IMG/VR virus record: IMGVR_UViG_3300036546_000172
Span: 73,943-137,942 of that record
DNA: 64,000 nucleotides
From: a virus
Taxonomy: Duplodnaviria; Caudoviricetes
Strand: one strand, 5' to 3'
Below the pieces are notes generated by a model. That model did not search any database, was not told the origin of the DNA, and saw nothing but the letters and a program-made list of their open reading frames with translations. Positions 18,215 to 27,283 of this stretch are shown piece after piece. The translations under genes were made by a program, and so were the position numbers. The first letter of the stretch is position 1, and each line of letters opens with the position of its first letter.

Positions 18215-18352
18215 ACATTGATGGTCTTTCGAAATGAATAGTAGTTATCACATATAAATGACGCTACAATGTATTTCGAAAGTTAAGAACACCGCCGGAC
18301 TGGCCCATCCGGGTACTGGTAGGGATTGAAGTTCCTAGGGCCACGCTCTTTA

Positions 18353-18737
18353 ACAAACATCATTGAGGTAGTCTCTAGGTGAGTTAACGGCCATTGACTC
18401 ATTGAGGATTGGCGGAATAAAGTCGGAGGTCTTGGGCTTAACGCACGTTCAAAGAGGTGGTTCTCGGTCATCTATCAAATGGTAGATGACGCAGTCTGAA
18501 AAGGCTTGAACGGTTCCTTGCATACACTACAGGCTACAGACCCTACTCTGTTAAGCATGTCAACAGTTCTCTCACCCTCATGCATGACTTGAAGATATTC
18601 TTCATAGTCGATGTCTGGCAACAGATGAGACAACAGATGACCAATCTAAGTCAGTCAGAGTCAACAAAGAGAGATGCAGGGGTGTTGGTAATAAGCTAGT
18701 CCAGCATTCTCACAGAGACTACCTCAATGATGTTTGT
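18353..18737 (+). ncRNA. large structured ncRNA of unknown class (385 nt)
   Basis: perfect 24-bp closing stem, many internal hairpins with G-U pairs, long-range complementarities; no + strand ORF. Confidence 0.75.
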
Positions 18738-18742
18738 ATTAG

Positions 18743-18820
18743 TGCAGGGTGGACTGGAGATGGTTCCAGCTCGGTCTCATAAGCCGAATGACGGGGGTTC
18801 GAATCCCTCCCCTGCTTCCA
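18743..18820 (+). tRNA. tRNA-Met(CAT), initiator-like
   Basis: 1:72 mismatch, loop CTCATAA, CCA. Confidence 0.88.
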
Positions 18821-18898
18821 TATAATCGAAAACCTGGTGCGGTGTGATGATACATCTACTACAGGGTACCGAGGATGGTAGTTCACTCGGATCTTTTA

Positions 18899-18974
18899 GC
18901 CCGGTTAGCACAATTGGGAGTGCAATCGCCTTGTAAGCGATAGGTTGTAGGTTCGAGTCCTACACTGGGCACCA
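18899..18974 (+). tRNA. tRNA-Thr(TGT)
   Basis: loop CTTGTAA; CCA. Confidence 0.93.
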
Positions 18975-19013
18975 TATCTGCATTTGATAAATACAAATAA
19001 ATGCAGGTGATCT

Positions 19014-19865
19014 ATGTTTAAAGTAACTCTTCCTTCTAACGATGACTTCTACTGTCTGTGTAATCTGACTGGGTTACCACTTGGTCAATCTCTCATCATC
19101 ACCAACAATACCAACTCACAAATCAGAGTCAATCGAGTATCGGTTAAGCCAGAAGATCCTCTATTAGGATTCCCAGTATGGCCTGGTCAGACTATTCTAG
19201 TTCATGGTAATGAAGAGCAACCGGTCTGGACCAGAGGTAATACCAACGGCTACATTCTGGTACAAACTCTGACTGAAACCATGATGCCCCTAACCGGAGT
19301 AGAGTTTCCACAGGACATCGTGACATCAGGCATTGAGGGTTTTCGCAGACTTCAAGTCGATACAGGACAGACCGGATTCTTCGAAGGTCGTGAGTTTCGT
19401 TTTCTGCGTAAGATAAGATCCGGCATTACTTTCAAGTTCGTATCGGCTGTAGATTTCGTGTTGTATGAACAGGTGTTCGGTATCTCTTCAGGAGCTTACG
19501 AGTTTCATGCCTGGCGTGTAGATAATGTAGAAGAGACGGCGTCCTTTGGTACTGATCTGTCACAACACATCATTAACAAAAACGCCTCTGGCGAATACCG
19601 AGATTATAATGGAGATAGATATCAAACTCAGGTAAGCATATCATCAGGAGGAACGCTGGCTATTAACGATGTTGAATTATATACTGACTATGCTGAAATG
19701 AGAACGGCAGGTTCTACAGCACAACGAGCGAGTGTGAATCAAGGCGGTAACACACAGCGATATCTACCAGCAGGTACGTATTACCTATCGTTTACTGTTC
19801 TTGATGCACTAGTTCGCGGTACGTATCAAATTGGATGGGAAGAAAGACCATCGGGAGTGAAATAG
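19014..19865 (+). CDS. hypothetical late (possibly virion) protein
   Basis: TAAATA late-promoter-like motif upstream; beta-rich composition. Confidence 0.6.
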   Translation: MFKVTLPSNDDFYCLCNLTGLPLGQSLIITNNTNSQIRVNRVSVKPEDPLLGFPVWPGQTILVHGNEEQPVWTRGNTNGYILVQTLTETMMPLTGVEFPQDIVTSGIEGFRRLQVDTGQTGFFEGREFRFLRKIRSGITFKFVSAVDFVLYEQVFGISSGAYEFHAWRVDNVEETASFGTDLSQHIINKNASGEYRDYNGDRYQTQVSISSGGTLAINDVELYTDYAEMRTAGSTAQRASVNQGGNTQRYLPAGTYYLSFTVLDALVRGTYQIGWEERPSGVK

Positions 19866-20512
19866 TGACACATGCATTAGTGAATAAAGTGAAATTAATT
19901 GATGATCGAGACATGGTGATTCGTGCATCTATCGACGGTCAGTTTGAAGCAGATACCTTCAAGTTCGTTGATCATCATATGCCTGTAGGTGGTCTGTTTA
20001 TGGATATCGGCGCGTATTCTGGTATCTACTCACTGTACGTGGCTCAGTTCAAAGATGCAGTAGCTTATGGATTTGAGCCTAACCCATTATTGTTTGAGCG
20101 TTTCAATCAGAACATTGAACTGAATGGATTGAGATCTAACATTCAACCGCTCAACTTCGGATTATCAAACAAACAACAGAAAGCCTCGTTGTACGTCAAT
20201 CCAAACACACACCTGACATCCGCTGGCAGTCTATCACCAGAACGCGGTAAGACCTCTGTATTCGAAGTAGATATAGAGGTGTATGATGACATGCCGTTCT
20301 CCGTGCTGTCTATTGACATGGTCAAGATAGACGTTGAGGGTCACGAGTCTCAGGTGATTGAGGGAATGATTTACACGCTTAAACGTGATCATCCAATTGT
20401 CATTGTAGAGTGCTTAGATGAGCAGGCGGTGAAGCAATGTGATGATCTTCTACTACCTCTTGGATATGAAAGGACTGGTTGTCTCGATGACAGAAACTAC
20501 ACGTACCAATAA
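19835..20512 (+). CDS. FkbM-family methyltransferase
   Basis: DIGAYSGIYS, FEPNP and KIDVEGHE motifs. Confidence 0.88.
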   Translation: MGRKTIGSEIVTHALVNKVKLIDDRDMVIRASIDGQFEADTFKFVDHHMPVGGLFMDIGAYSGIYSLYVAQFKDAVAYGFEPNPLLFERFNQNIELNGLRSNIQPLNFGLSNKQQKASLYVNPNTHLTSAGSLSPERGKTSVFEVDIEVYDDMPFSVLSIDMVKIDVEGHESQVIEGMIYTLKRDHPIVIVECLDEQAVKQCDDLLLPLGYERTGCLDDRNYTYQ

Positions 20513-20728
20513 CATCACGGTAGGTGTCCTATGGGCATCTTCATATAATGATTTTGAGCGAGCGACCATCATTGAGCACTGGCTTGGCGTCGACAGAGAC
20601 GACATAATGGACATAGTAAATGAGTACATAGAAGGAAGAGAGGATGTGTTTTATTGGGTACACATCTTTGATGGAGAACCAACATCGGTTAAGCCGAGTC
20701 TTGTAACGATAAGTGAAGGAGAGTCATA

Positions 20729-21133
20729 ATGGCAGGTAATAAAGGTCGCGGTCAGAAGGCAGCGAAGAAGCAGTATTACAGCTCGTACAACTATGAAAAG
20801 AACCGCAAACTTCGTCTTGAGCGTCATCTGAGCAAGCACCCTGAAGATGCTCAGGCAAAAGCTGCGCTCAAGAACATCCATCATCGCGGACCTCGTCCGT
20901 CTACTAACAAGATGGGATGGGTAGATCGCTCCATGACCATCCAGGGTGGATACACCGATAAGAAAGATGATTACAGTCTGGTATTTGCTAATGTCAGTGG
21001 GTCAGCTGAAGCTAAAGCACTGGCACAAATGGCTGCACATGTTCGCAAAGTCGAGCGCATGAAGCAGCATGGAGTAGACTTCTTGAACGAAAAGCCCAAG
21101 AAGAAGTCTAAGAAATACGGCATGCCTCAGTGA
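20729..21133 (+). CDS. basic hypothetical protein
   Basis: AAGGAG RBS; K/R-rich. Confidence 0.7.
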   Translation: MAGNKGRGQKAAKKQYYSSYNYEKNRKLRLERHLSKHPEDAQAKAALKNIHHRGPRPSTNKMGWVDRSMTIQGGYTDKKDDYSLVFANVSGSAEAKALAQMAAHVRKVERMKQHGVDFLNEKPKKKSKKYGMPQ

Positions 21134-21141
21134 GATAACGT

Positions 21142-21390
21142 ATGAGATGGATTGTACTGATATTAGCGTCCGTCGGAGTGTACCTGTCTGCATTGGCAGG
21201 TATCACTTTTTTCCTAACCTTAATATTTTCAATGGGATCGTATTTCATCTACGGTGAATGGATCTGGCTCTGGGAGATGAGATCCACGCCAGGTCTCATG
21301 GTTCTCATCCTATGCGTCGGGATCTCTAATTACCTGATTGAAGACTACATCAAATGTGAATGCGGTATCGATGAGCATAAGGATAAATAG
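21142..21390 (+). CDS. membrane protein
   Basis: two hydrophobic segments. Confidence 0.6.
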   Translation: MRWIVLILASVGVYLSALAGITFFLTLIFSMGSYFIYGEWIWLWEMRSTPGLMVLILCVGISNYLIEDYIKCECGIDEHKDK

Positions 21391-21411
21391 AAGCATCATT
21401 CACTAAAGGAT

Positions 21412-21714
21412 ATGAACATGCTATCATTCAAAGAACATCAGATGCTGTCAGAGATGGTGCAGTCTATGGACGCTCAATTCACAGACGATATCATTGACAA
21501 GGCTGAGTACTATGACATTGAAGAAGATGAGATCACTCTTCAAACCACCGTCACAATCTATGACGCTAACGGTGGTGTACTGACTACGGTCACTGTAGAA
21601 GATTATGACATGGCTGAGACCTACCTTGAAGATATGTTTGATCTTGAGCCTTACGAGCCTTCTGATGCCAATGATGAAGCTGCTGCATCTAATTCTCGTT
21701 ACGGCCATGCTTAA
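21412..21714 (+). CDS. acidic late protein, possible internal head protein
   Basis: MLSFKEHQMLSE capsid-targeting-like N-terminus; TAAATA upstream. Confidence 0.55.
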   Translation: MNMLSFKEHQMLSEMVQSMDAQFTDDIIDKAEYYDIEEDEITLQTTVTIYDANGGVLTTVTVEDYDMAETYLEDMFDLEPYEPSDANDEAAASNSRYGHA

Positions 21715-21774
21715 GAGTTGATCTCCATCTCCATTCAATCTATTATATTATGGTAGATTGAATGGAGACACATC

Positions 21775-22089
21775 ATGATAGACAAGCAATACATTGTTAA
21801 CCTCCTGAAGACCAATGACAAGGCTGTAGCTCGCGCGTTGGTTGTGCTCACCGAACGTCAAACACCTCAAGAACAAGCTAATCAAACCACAGTTGTTGAA
21901 AACGGCGAAGGCTTTCGCCCGTGTCATGCGCGGATGGGAACCTCTATGGCTGAGTTCTATAAAAACCGCGGCTTTCTCACGGAGAAGCAGATAAACTACT
22001 GGCGTCATACTCAGAAAGACGGTAAAATGCGCATTGAAGTATACGCCAATCAGTTGCTTGGCATTGCTAAACTAAAACAGACAAAGTGA
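21775..22089 (+). CDS. hypothetical protein
   Basis: GGAG RBS; promoter-like sequence upstream. Confidence 0.7.
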   Translation: MIDKQYIVNLLKTNDKAVARALVVLTERQTPQEQANQTTVVENGEGFRPCHARMGTSMAEFYKNRGFLTEKQINYWRHTQKDGKMRIEVYANQLLGIAKLKQTK

Positions 22090-22628
22090 GATATATTATG
22101 AAGCACAACCACATGAACGTCACCTACGACGGAATTGGTTTCGTTAACAACCGTGGTACATCCAAGTACTGGGGAGTGTGTAAGACTCTGAATGACGACA
22201 AGAACTATCGCATCACCGTCAATGACCTGAAGAATACATACACGTTCCATCCACACCAGGAATTGGGTCGTATTTCTGAGGAGACAGCTGCAAAATTGGC
22301 TGCAGCGCTTTACAAGTATCGTGTCGGCAATCTTCCTATCCATGTTAATGTAGATGTAGACGGCACAATCTATCGCCTGGATGCTGCGACGAAGAAGATT
22401 TACAGGATGGTTGGTAGCTTGTGCGTTAATGTTGAACCGCCTATTGATGAAGCAGTGGCTCAAAGCATTACTGCCAAGCCAGAAGATGTAGTGAATCGTA
22501 TGCTGGATATGTATAATGTCCACGGTGAAGAGCGTCAGTTTATTACCGATGCATTTCATAAAATGACTGGTGATATGAGCATGCGCGGCCGCAAAGTGCT
22601 GGCTGCAATTTTGCGCAGCACCGTGTAA
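22086..22628 (+). CDS. hypothetical protein
   Basis: 180-aa ORF coupled to upstream gene. Confidence 0.65.
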   Translation: MRYIMKHNHMNVTYDGIGFVNNRGTSKYWGVCKTLNDDKNYRITVNDLKNTYTFHPHQELGRISEETAAKLAAALYKYRVGNLPIHVNVDVDGTIYRLDAATKKIYRMVGSLCVNVEPPIDEAVAQSITAKPEDVVNRMLDMYNVHGEERQFITDAFHKMTGDMSMRGRKVLAAILRSTV

Positions 22629-22707
22629 ATAACGTACTATTCAATGGAGGTGTTAGTATATTAACAACCCCTCCCTGCATAAATAAACCTACAAGGGGAG
22701 GGTACAA

Positions 22708-23961
22708 ATGAATAAACATTACTTCGAAAGATACACAAAGTTTATGCTTCGTTGCAAAGCCAATAACCTAGAGCGGGAAAGTGGAGCAACAGAAACACAT
22801 CACATTATTCCACGCTGTCGTGGAGGTGATAATAGCCCTGATAACTTAGTTGTGCTTACTTTACGTGAGCATTATGTTGCTCATTGGATGTTGTGGAGAG
22901 CATATCCTGAAGACCAAGCACTCGCTTTTGCTCTTTATCAAATGAGCAATAAAAATGCTCAAAAGTATGAAGGAAAAGTAAAAACTATTCCATCAAGAGT
23001 ATACAGTAGCTTAAAATCACAATGTGTACAGGCTATATCTGAAAACAATAGAGTGTGGGTATACGTTAAGGATTCAGACAACAACTTAGTTAAGCTATCA
23101 AAACAAGAGTACCAAGAATCCGAATTAAAATTCCATACTAGTGGGATGGTTTATTGTTATGATGTAATAGAGGAGGAATATACATATATCACCTCTGACC
23201 TGTACCAATCTAGTGATAGATATGTTAGGCGGGTTGATCACGTCACACGATTGTGGATAAACGAAGACACGGGTGAAGTCCGACGAATGAGTTTTATAGA
23301 GCGGCGTGAGTTAAACCGTGAGCTGGGTTATGATGGGTGGAAGTACCTATATGCTCAGAAAACGAGTGTTTATAACGAAAACGGCGACAAAATAAGCATT
23401 CCACTAAACACATACAAAGAAAACCGTGGCAATTATACGCACATAAATCACGGATCATTTGTTGTACTGGACCAGGTAACAAAAACCCATATTAAAGTGA
23501 CACACGACGAGTACGCCAGTGATCCTGACCGATACCTAACATCAACTAAAGGTAAAGTGTTGTCGCGAGATGATGAGGGGAATGTGGTATTGGTATCCAA
23601 AGATGAATTTGACAAAGGAAACTTAGAAGGACTTACTAAGAACATGACATCCGCCAAGAACATAAAAACGGGATTGTACGAAAAAATTACTGTAGAAGAA
23701 TTTGAGAAAAACAAAGACTTGTATTCTGGTCCGTGTTTAGGTAAAGTTAACGCAAGAAATAAATTAACTGGTGAAGTCAAACAAATACCGAGAGAATACT
23801 TCCTTAATCATAGAGACGAATGGGCTGGAGCTTCTCACGGTGTATTTAAGATTAGAAATCGTTTAACAGGTGAGACAATGCGTGTTACTATATGGGACGA
23901 CTTGAGTGAATATGATACCAATGAATGGTATACTACAAGCAAAAAATACAGAATCCAATAA
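22708..23961 (+). mobile_element. free-standing HNH homing endonuclease (MobE-like)
   Basis: ETHHIIPRCRGG...NLVVLTLREHYVAH; repeated C-terminal modules (NxxTGE-like); AT-rich. Confidence 0.88.
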
Positions 23962-23972
23962 TGGAAGATAAT

Positions 23973-24845
23973 ATGCTATACTCAGAAATTTTTAAGAGTC
24001 TTGCTGGTGAAGGGCACTATACAGGATACCCTTCTTTATGGCTTAGGACTTTTTACTGCAATCTTACTTGTGCTGGTTTTGGTCAACCTGATCCTACAAA
24101 CAAAGAAACTTATAACCCAGTAGGTAAAGATGTTAACTTGATCGATATTAAGGATATTACAGATCTCCCAGTATTTAAATATGGTTGTGATAGTGCGTAT
24201 TCAGTAGCTAAGGAATTTAAACATCTTCAGTACGACGAGACTCCTGAGCAGATAGCCGAGCGTTTGGATGCTTTACTTCCGACTCATGGTGTGTGGTCTA
24301 ATGAAGATTATGATTTCCACATGGTATTTACTGGTGGAGAGCCCCTTTTAAAGAAAACACAGAAGGGATTAGTGGAACTTTTTGATTTGTGGAGCAGGCG
24401 TGAGGATGGTAGCCGTCCCAAGTTCATTACGTTTGAAACTAACGGGACTCAAAAAATTACTCCTGAATTAGCACAACGACTAAACAGTTCTTGGATTGAA
24501 GAAGTTTTGTTTTCGTATTCTCCTAAGCTCTTTACTGTATCAGGAGAGTCCAATAAACGAGCGGTTAAGCCTGAAATTATACAACACAACATTGATGCAG
24601 TCGATAGGAGTGCTTATACGTTGAAGTTTGTAGTAAACGGCCAAGATGCAGCATGGAACGAACTTGACGATGTAATCAATCAAATAGGACTAGGTAAAAA
24701 ACATGTGTGGATCATGGCAGTTGGAGGACGAGTTGAAGATCAAGAGCTTTCTGCAGGAGATATAGCTAATAGGGCCATTGACCAAGGGTATAAAGTGAGT
24801 GCGCGGGTTCACTCTTATCTGTGGGGGAATACTCCCGGCACGTAA
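23973..24845 (+). CDS. queE: 7-carboxy-7-deazaguanine synthase (radical SAM)
   Basis: SEIFKSLAGEG, CNLTC...GCDS, TGGEPL, ETNGT and SPKL motifs. Confidence 0.92.
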   Translation: MLYSEIFKSLAGEGHYTGYPSLWLRTFYCNLTCAGFGQPDPTNKETYNPVGKDVNLIDIKDITDLPVFKYGCDSAYSVAKEFKHLQYDETPEQIAERLDALLPTHGVWSNEDYDFHMVFTGGEPLLKKTQKGLVELFDLWSRREDGSRPKFITFETNGTQKITPELAQRLNSSWIEEVLFSYSPKLFTVSGESNKRAVKPEIIQHNIDAVDRSAYTLKFVVNGQDAAWNELDDVINQIGLGKKHVWIMAVGGRVEDQELSAGDIANRAIDQGYKVSARVHSYLWGNTPGT

Positions 24846-24876
24846 ATACTGCATATCCAACCAAACGAGATGTGAC

Positions 24877-25368
24877 ATGAAATTCAAGCAATTCCTAAAC
24901 GAGCAAATCGATCGCACGAAGATAGCTGTATCTAACGCATCGAAGTTCAACACATTAAAACGAGCTATTGATGCTATGTACCGTCAGAAGATGGTCACTG
25001 GTGTCTTGCTGGGTGACGATAATCAATACTGGGTACCAGCTACCAATCGTGAAATGAGCCTGCTGGTTAAAGCCGGGTATGAAGAACTTGATACCAAAGG
25101 CATGAACGAGTCTCAGACGCTGACCAAGACTCACAAGTCCATCATTGATGGCAAGAAAGGATCTGTGGTCATCACCACCTGGGGATCAGTTCCAAGACCA
25201 GACGTAGATGATTTAGTATCTATCAGTCATAATGGGGTTGAGCTGTATCGAACGCGATATGACAGCAAGCGGATAGATAGCGGAGAGAAGGTATACGAGT
25301 TTCGCTCAGACGATGACTCTATGCGTATGTGGGTCAATAAAGACCTTTCAAGAATGTGGCATGATTAA
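24877..25368 (+). CDS. putative internal head protein
   Basis: MKFKQFLNE N-terminus; TAAATA at about 24843. Confidence 0.55.
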   Translation: MKFKQFLNEQIDRTKIAVSNASKFNTLKRAIDAMYRQKMVTGVLLGDDNQYWVPATNREMSLLVKAGYEELDTKGMNESQTLTKTHKSIIDGKKGSVVITTWGSVPRPDVDDLVSISHNGVELYRTRYDSKRIDSGEKVYEFRSDDDSMRMWVNKDLSRMWHD

Positions 25369-25380
25369 GAGGATTATTAA

Positions 25381-25968
25381 ATGACGTGGGAAATCCATAA
25401 GGACTTTTACCTGGAGTACGGACATCGTGTGTGGAGTCAAGAACTTCATTCGGACTTCTGCGCCACGGGTGATGATAAATGCGCCTGTCGACATCTGCAT
25501 GGTCACAGCGGTAAGGTGTCCATTCATCTGGAAGCTGATGAGCTTGAACGCGGAATGGTCACTGATTTCAAGCACATTGGATTCATGAAGAACTTCATCG
25601 ATCGTTACCTGGATCATAAAATGCTGATTGATCTTGATGATCCGGCTTTCGATCTTGTGACGGGCGGTCTTGTAGATAAGCGACGCGCAACCTTCATGAT
25701 GTACGATCGCTCACTGCCTCTGTCTCGAGTCATGATGGACGATTACGTGTGTGGATACGTGATAGCAGATCTAGATAAAACGGATCTCCCATCACACCAG
25801 ATTGAGCTGCTCGAGGGCTTCTTTTTCGTAGAATTCTTGCCTACGTCTGAGAATCTGTGTAAGTACATCGCTGAAGTAGCTGGTGCTAAGCTGAAGCAGC
25901 TGGGTGTCAAGGTGTCTAAGGCTATGTGGCACGAGACTCCGAAATCACACGCCTCGTATATTCTGTAA
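25381..25968 (+). CDS. queD: 6-carboxytetrahydropterin synthase
   Basis: GHR, CRHLHGH, GMVTDF, DH, PTSENL and ET motifs. Confidence 0.92.
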   Translation: MTWEIHKDFYLEYGHRVWSQELHSDFCATGDDKCACRHLHGHSGKVSIHLEADELERGMVTDFKHIGFMKNFIDRYLDHKMLIDLDDPAFDLVTGGLVDKRRATFMMYDRSLPLSRVMMDDYVCGYVIADLDKTDLPSHQIELLEGFFFVEFLPTSENLCKYIAEVAGAKLKQLGVKVSKAMWHETPKSHASYIL

Positions 25969-25975
25969 AAAGTAG

Positions 25976-26004
25976 TTGATCTCCTGGTCATCTTTTCCTA
26001 TAAT
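25976..26004 (+). promoter_or_regulatory. sigma70-type early promoter
   Basis: TTGATC-N17-TATAAT. Confidence 0.7.
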
Positions 26005-26046
26005 GTAATGGTAGGATAGAGATAACACTGACCAGGAGATTATATT

Positions 26047-26427
26047 ATGAACAAGCTGACCACTGAAGCCAAAGTTGAAATCGTTGTTGCTGCTCTGAAG
26101 AAGGGTGATAAGCTGGTAAAATCTCATCTGGCTAAAGAGAAGGGAATTGATCCCAAGACTCTGAATCGCTACATGAAGCAGTATCACAGTGAGGCGAAGA
26201 AGCGTCTGGAAGTGAAACCAGCCTCTATGCCAACCAAACGTGGTGGCAAACCTCGCAACGGCCGAGTCAGTCTGATCCTGGATTCTATTTCCAAGTTCGG
26301 AGTAGATGGGAAGACTGCTGAGATCTACAAAGACGCGCTTCAAAAAGCTGAAGAGCAGAATATGCGTGAGATTTCTAAGTACAGCTGGTACTCTATGATC
26401 GCGCAGATTCGCAACAACCTGAAGTAA
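26047..26427 (+). CDS. basic HTH-like hypothetical protein
   Basis: LAKEKGIDPKTLNRY helix-turn-helix pattern; AGGAG RBS. Confidence 0.6.
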   Translation: MNKLTTEAKVEIVVAALKKGDKLVKSHLAKEKGIDPKTLNRYMKQYHSEAKKRLEVKPASMPTKRGGKPRNGRVSLILDSISKFGVDGKTAEIYKDALQKAEEQNMREISKYSWYSMIAQIRNNLK

Positions 26428-26477
26428 TATTCAGACGAATTAAAAGGCCAGATGAGGAAACTTATCTGGCCTTTTGC

Positions 26478-26485
26478 TATAAATA
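26478..26485 (+). promoter_or_regulatory. T4-type late promoter
   Basis: exact TATAAATA after a terminator-like hairpin (about 26443-26475). Confidence 0.7.
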
Positions 26486-26617
26486 GCGCTACAATCCTAC
26501 AAGCAACAGATTTTCTGAAGGTTGCACCTGACTCCCTTGTTAGGTTTTTCTTCAGCCAAGGTTGACCGCCCTTGTCTCTTCCACGGTCATTAAACATTCA
26601 AATGAAGAGGAAATGCA

Positions 26618-27283
26618 ATGTCTAAAAACAATCCGCTGCTAGGTAGTGAAGTGAATAAACACCTGCGTAAACTGGGTATTCAGACTCCTATGACTGATCG
26701 CGTTATGGAAGATCGTGATGTTAAGGTTGAGAAGATCACTCACCTCATGGCAGAAGTGCTTGAAGTTCTGGGACTGGATCTCACAGATGATTCATTAGAA
26801 GAAACACCTCTACGGGTCGCTAAGATGTATGTAGATGAGGTCTTCAGTGGTCTGACTGATGAGGCTTTCCCCAAATGCACAACGGTAGAAAATAAGTTTT
26901 CGTCCGGTGATGAGTTTGTACAAGAAAAGAATATAACGTTATATTCAGACTGCGAGCATCACCTGCGTCCAATATACGGGGTAGCTCATGTGGCGTATTG
27001 TCCGGCAGATAAGGTACTGGGTCTGAGTAAGATGAATCGGATCGTACAGTATTTCGCCCGACGTCCGCAGGTTCAGGAGCGTCTGACTCATCAGATTGCT
27101 GCTGCTATTTCATACATTACTGGCTCTGAAGATGTGATTGTGGCTGTTGATGCCAGACACATGTGTGTATCTCAGCGTGGTGTATCTGACACTAACAGCT
27201 CTACACAAACTATCGCAGCTCTTGGTCGATTCGGTAAGCAAGATTCCCACCTACGCAGTGAGTTCATAAACTCCATCCAATAA
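26618..27283 (+). CDS. folE: GTP cyclohydrolase I
   Basis: ETPLRVAKM, CEHH, GLSK, QVQERLT and HMCVSQRG motifs. Confidence 0.96.
   Translation: MSKNNPLLGSEVNKHLRKLGIQTPMTDRVMEDRDVKVEKITHLMAEVLEVLGLDLTDDSLEETPLRVAKMYVDEVFSGLTDEAFPKCTTVENKFSSGDEFVQEKNITLYSDCEHHLRPIYGVAHVAYCPADKVLGLSKMNRIVQYFARRPQVQERLTHQIAAAISYITGSEDVIVAVDARHMCVSQRGVSDTNSSTQTIAALGRFGKQDSHLRSEFINSIQ

Noticed and set aside
18291-18345. Theta/HDV-like or twister ribozyme
   Set aside because: No room for the P3/L3 element and the twister conserved loop residues are missing; kept only as an unclassified pseudoknot.
18353-18737. RNase P, tmRNA, group I intron or retron identity for the large RNA
   Set aside because: No GAGGAAAGUCC/P4 pair and no tRNA-Ala-like ends or CCA. 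The R-like CAGAGACTA lies after the S-like AAGATA..TAGTC and is part of the closing stem. No reverse transcriptase in the window.
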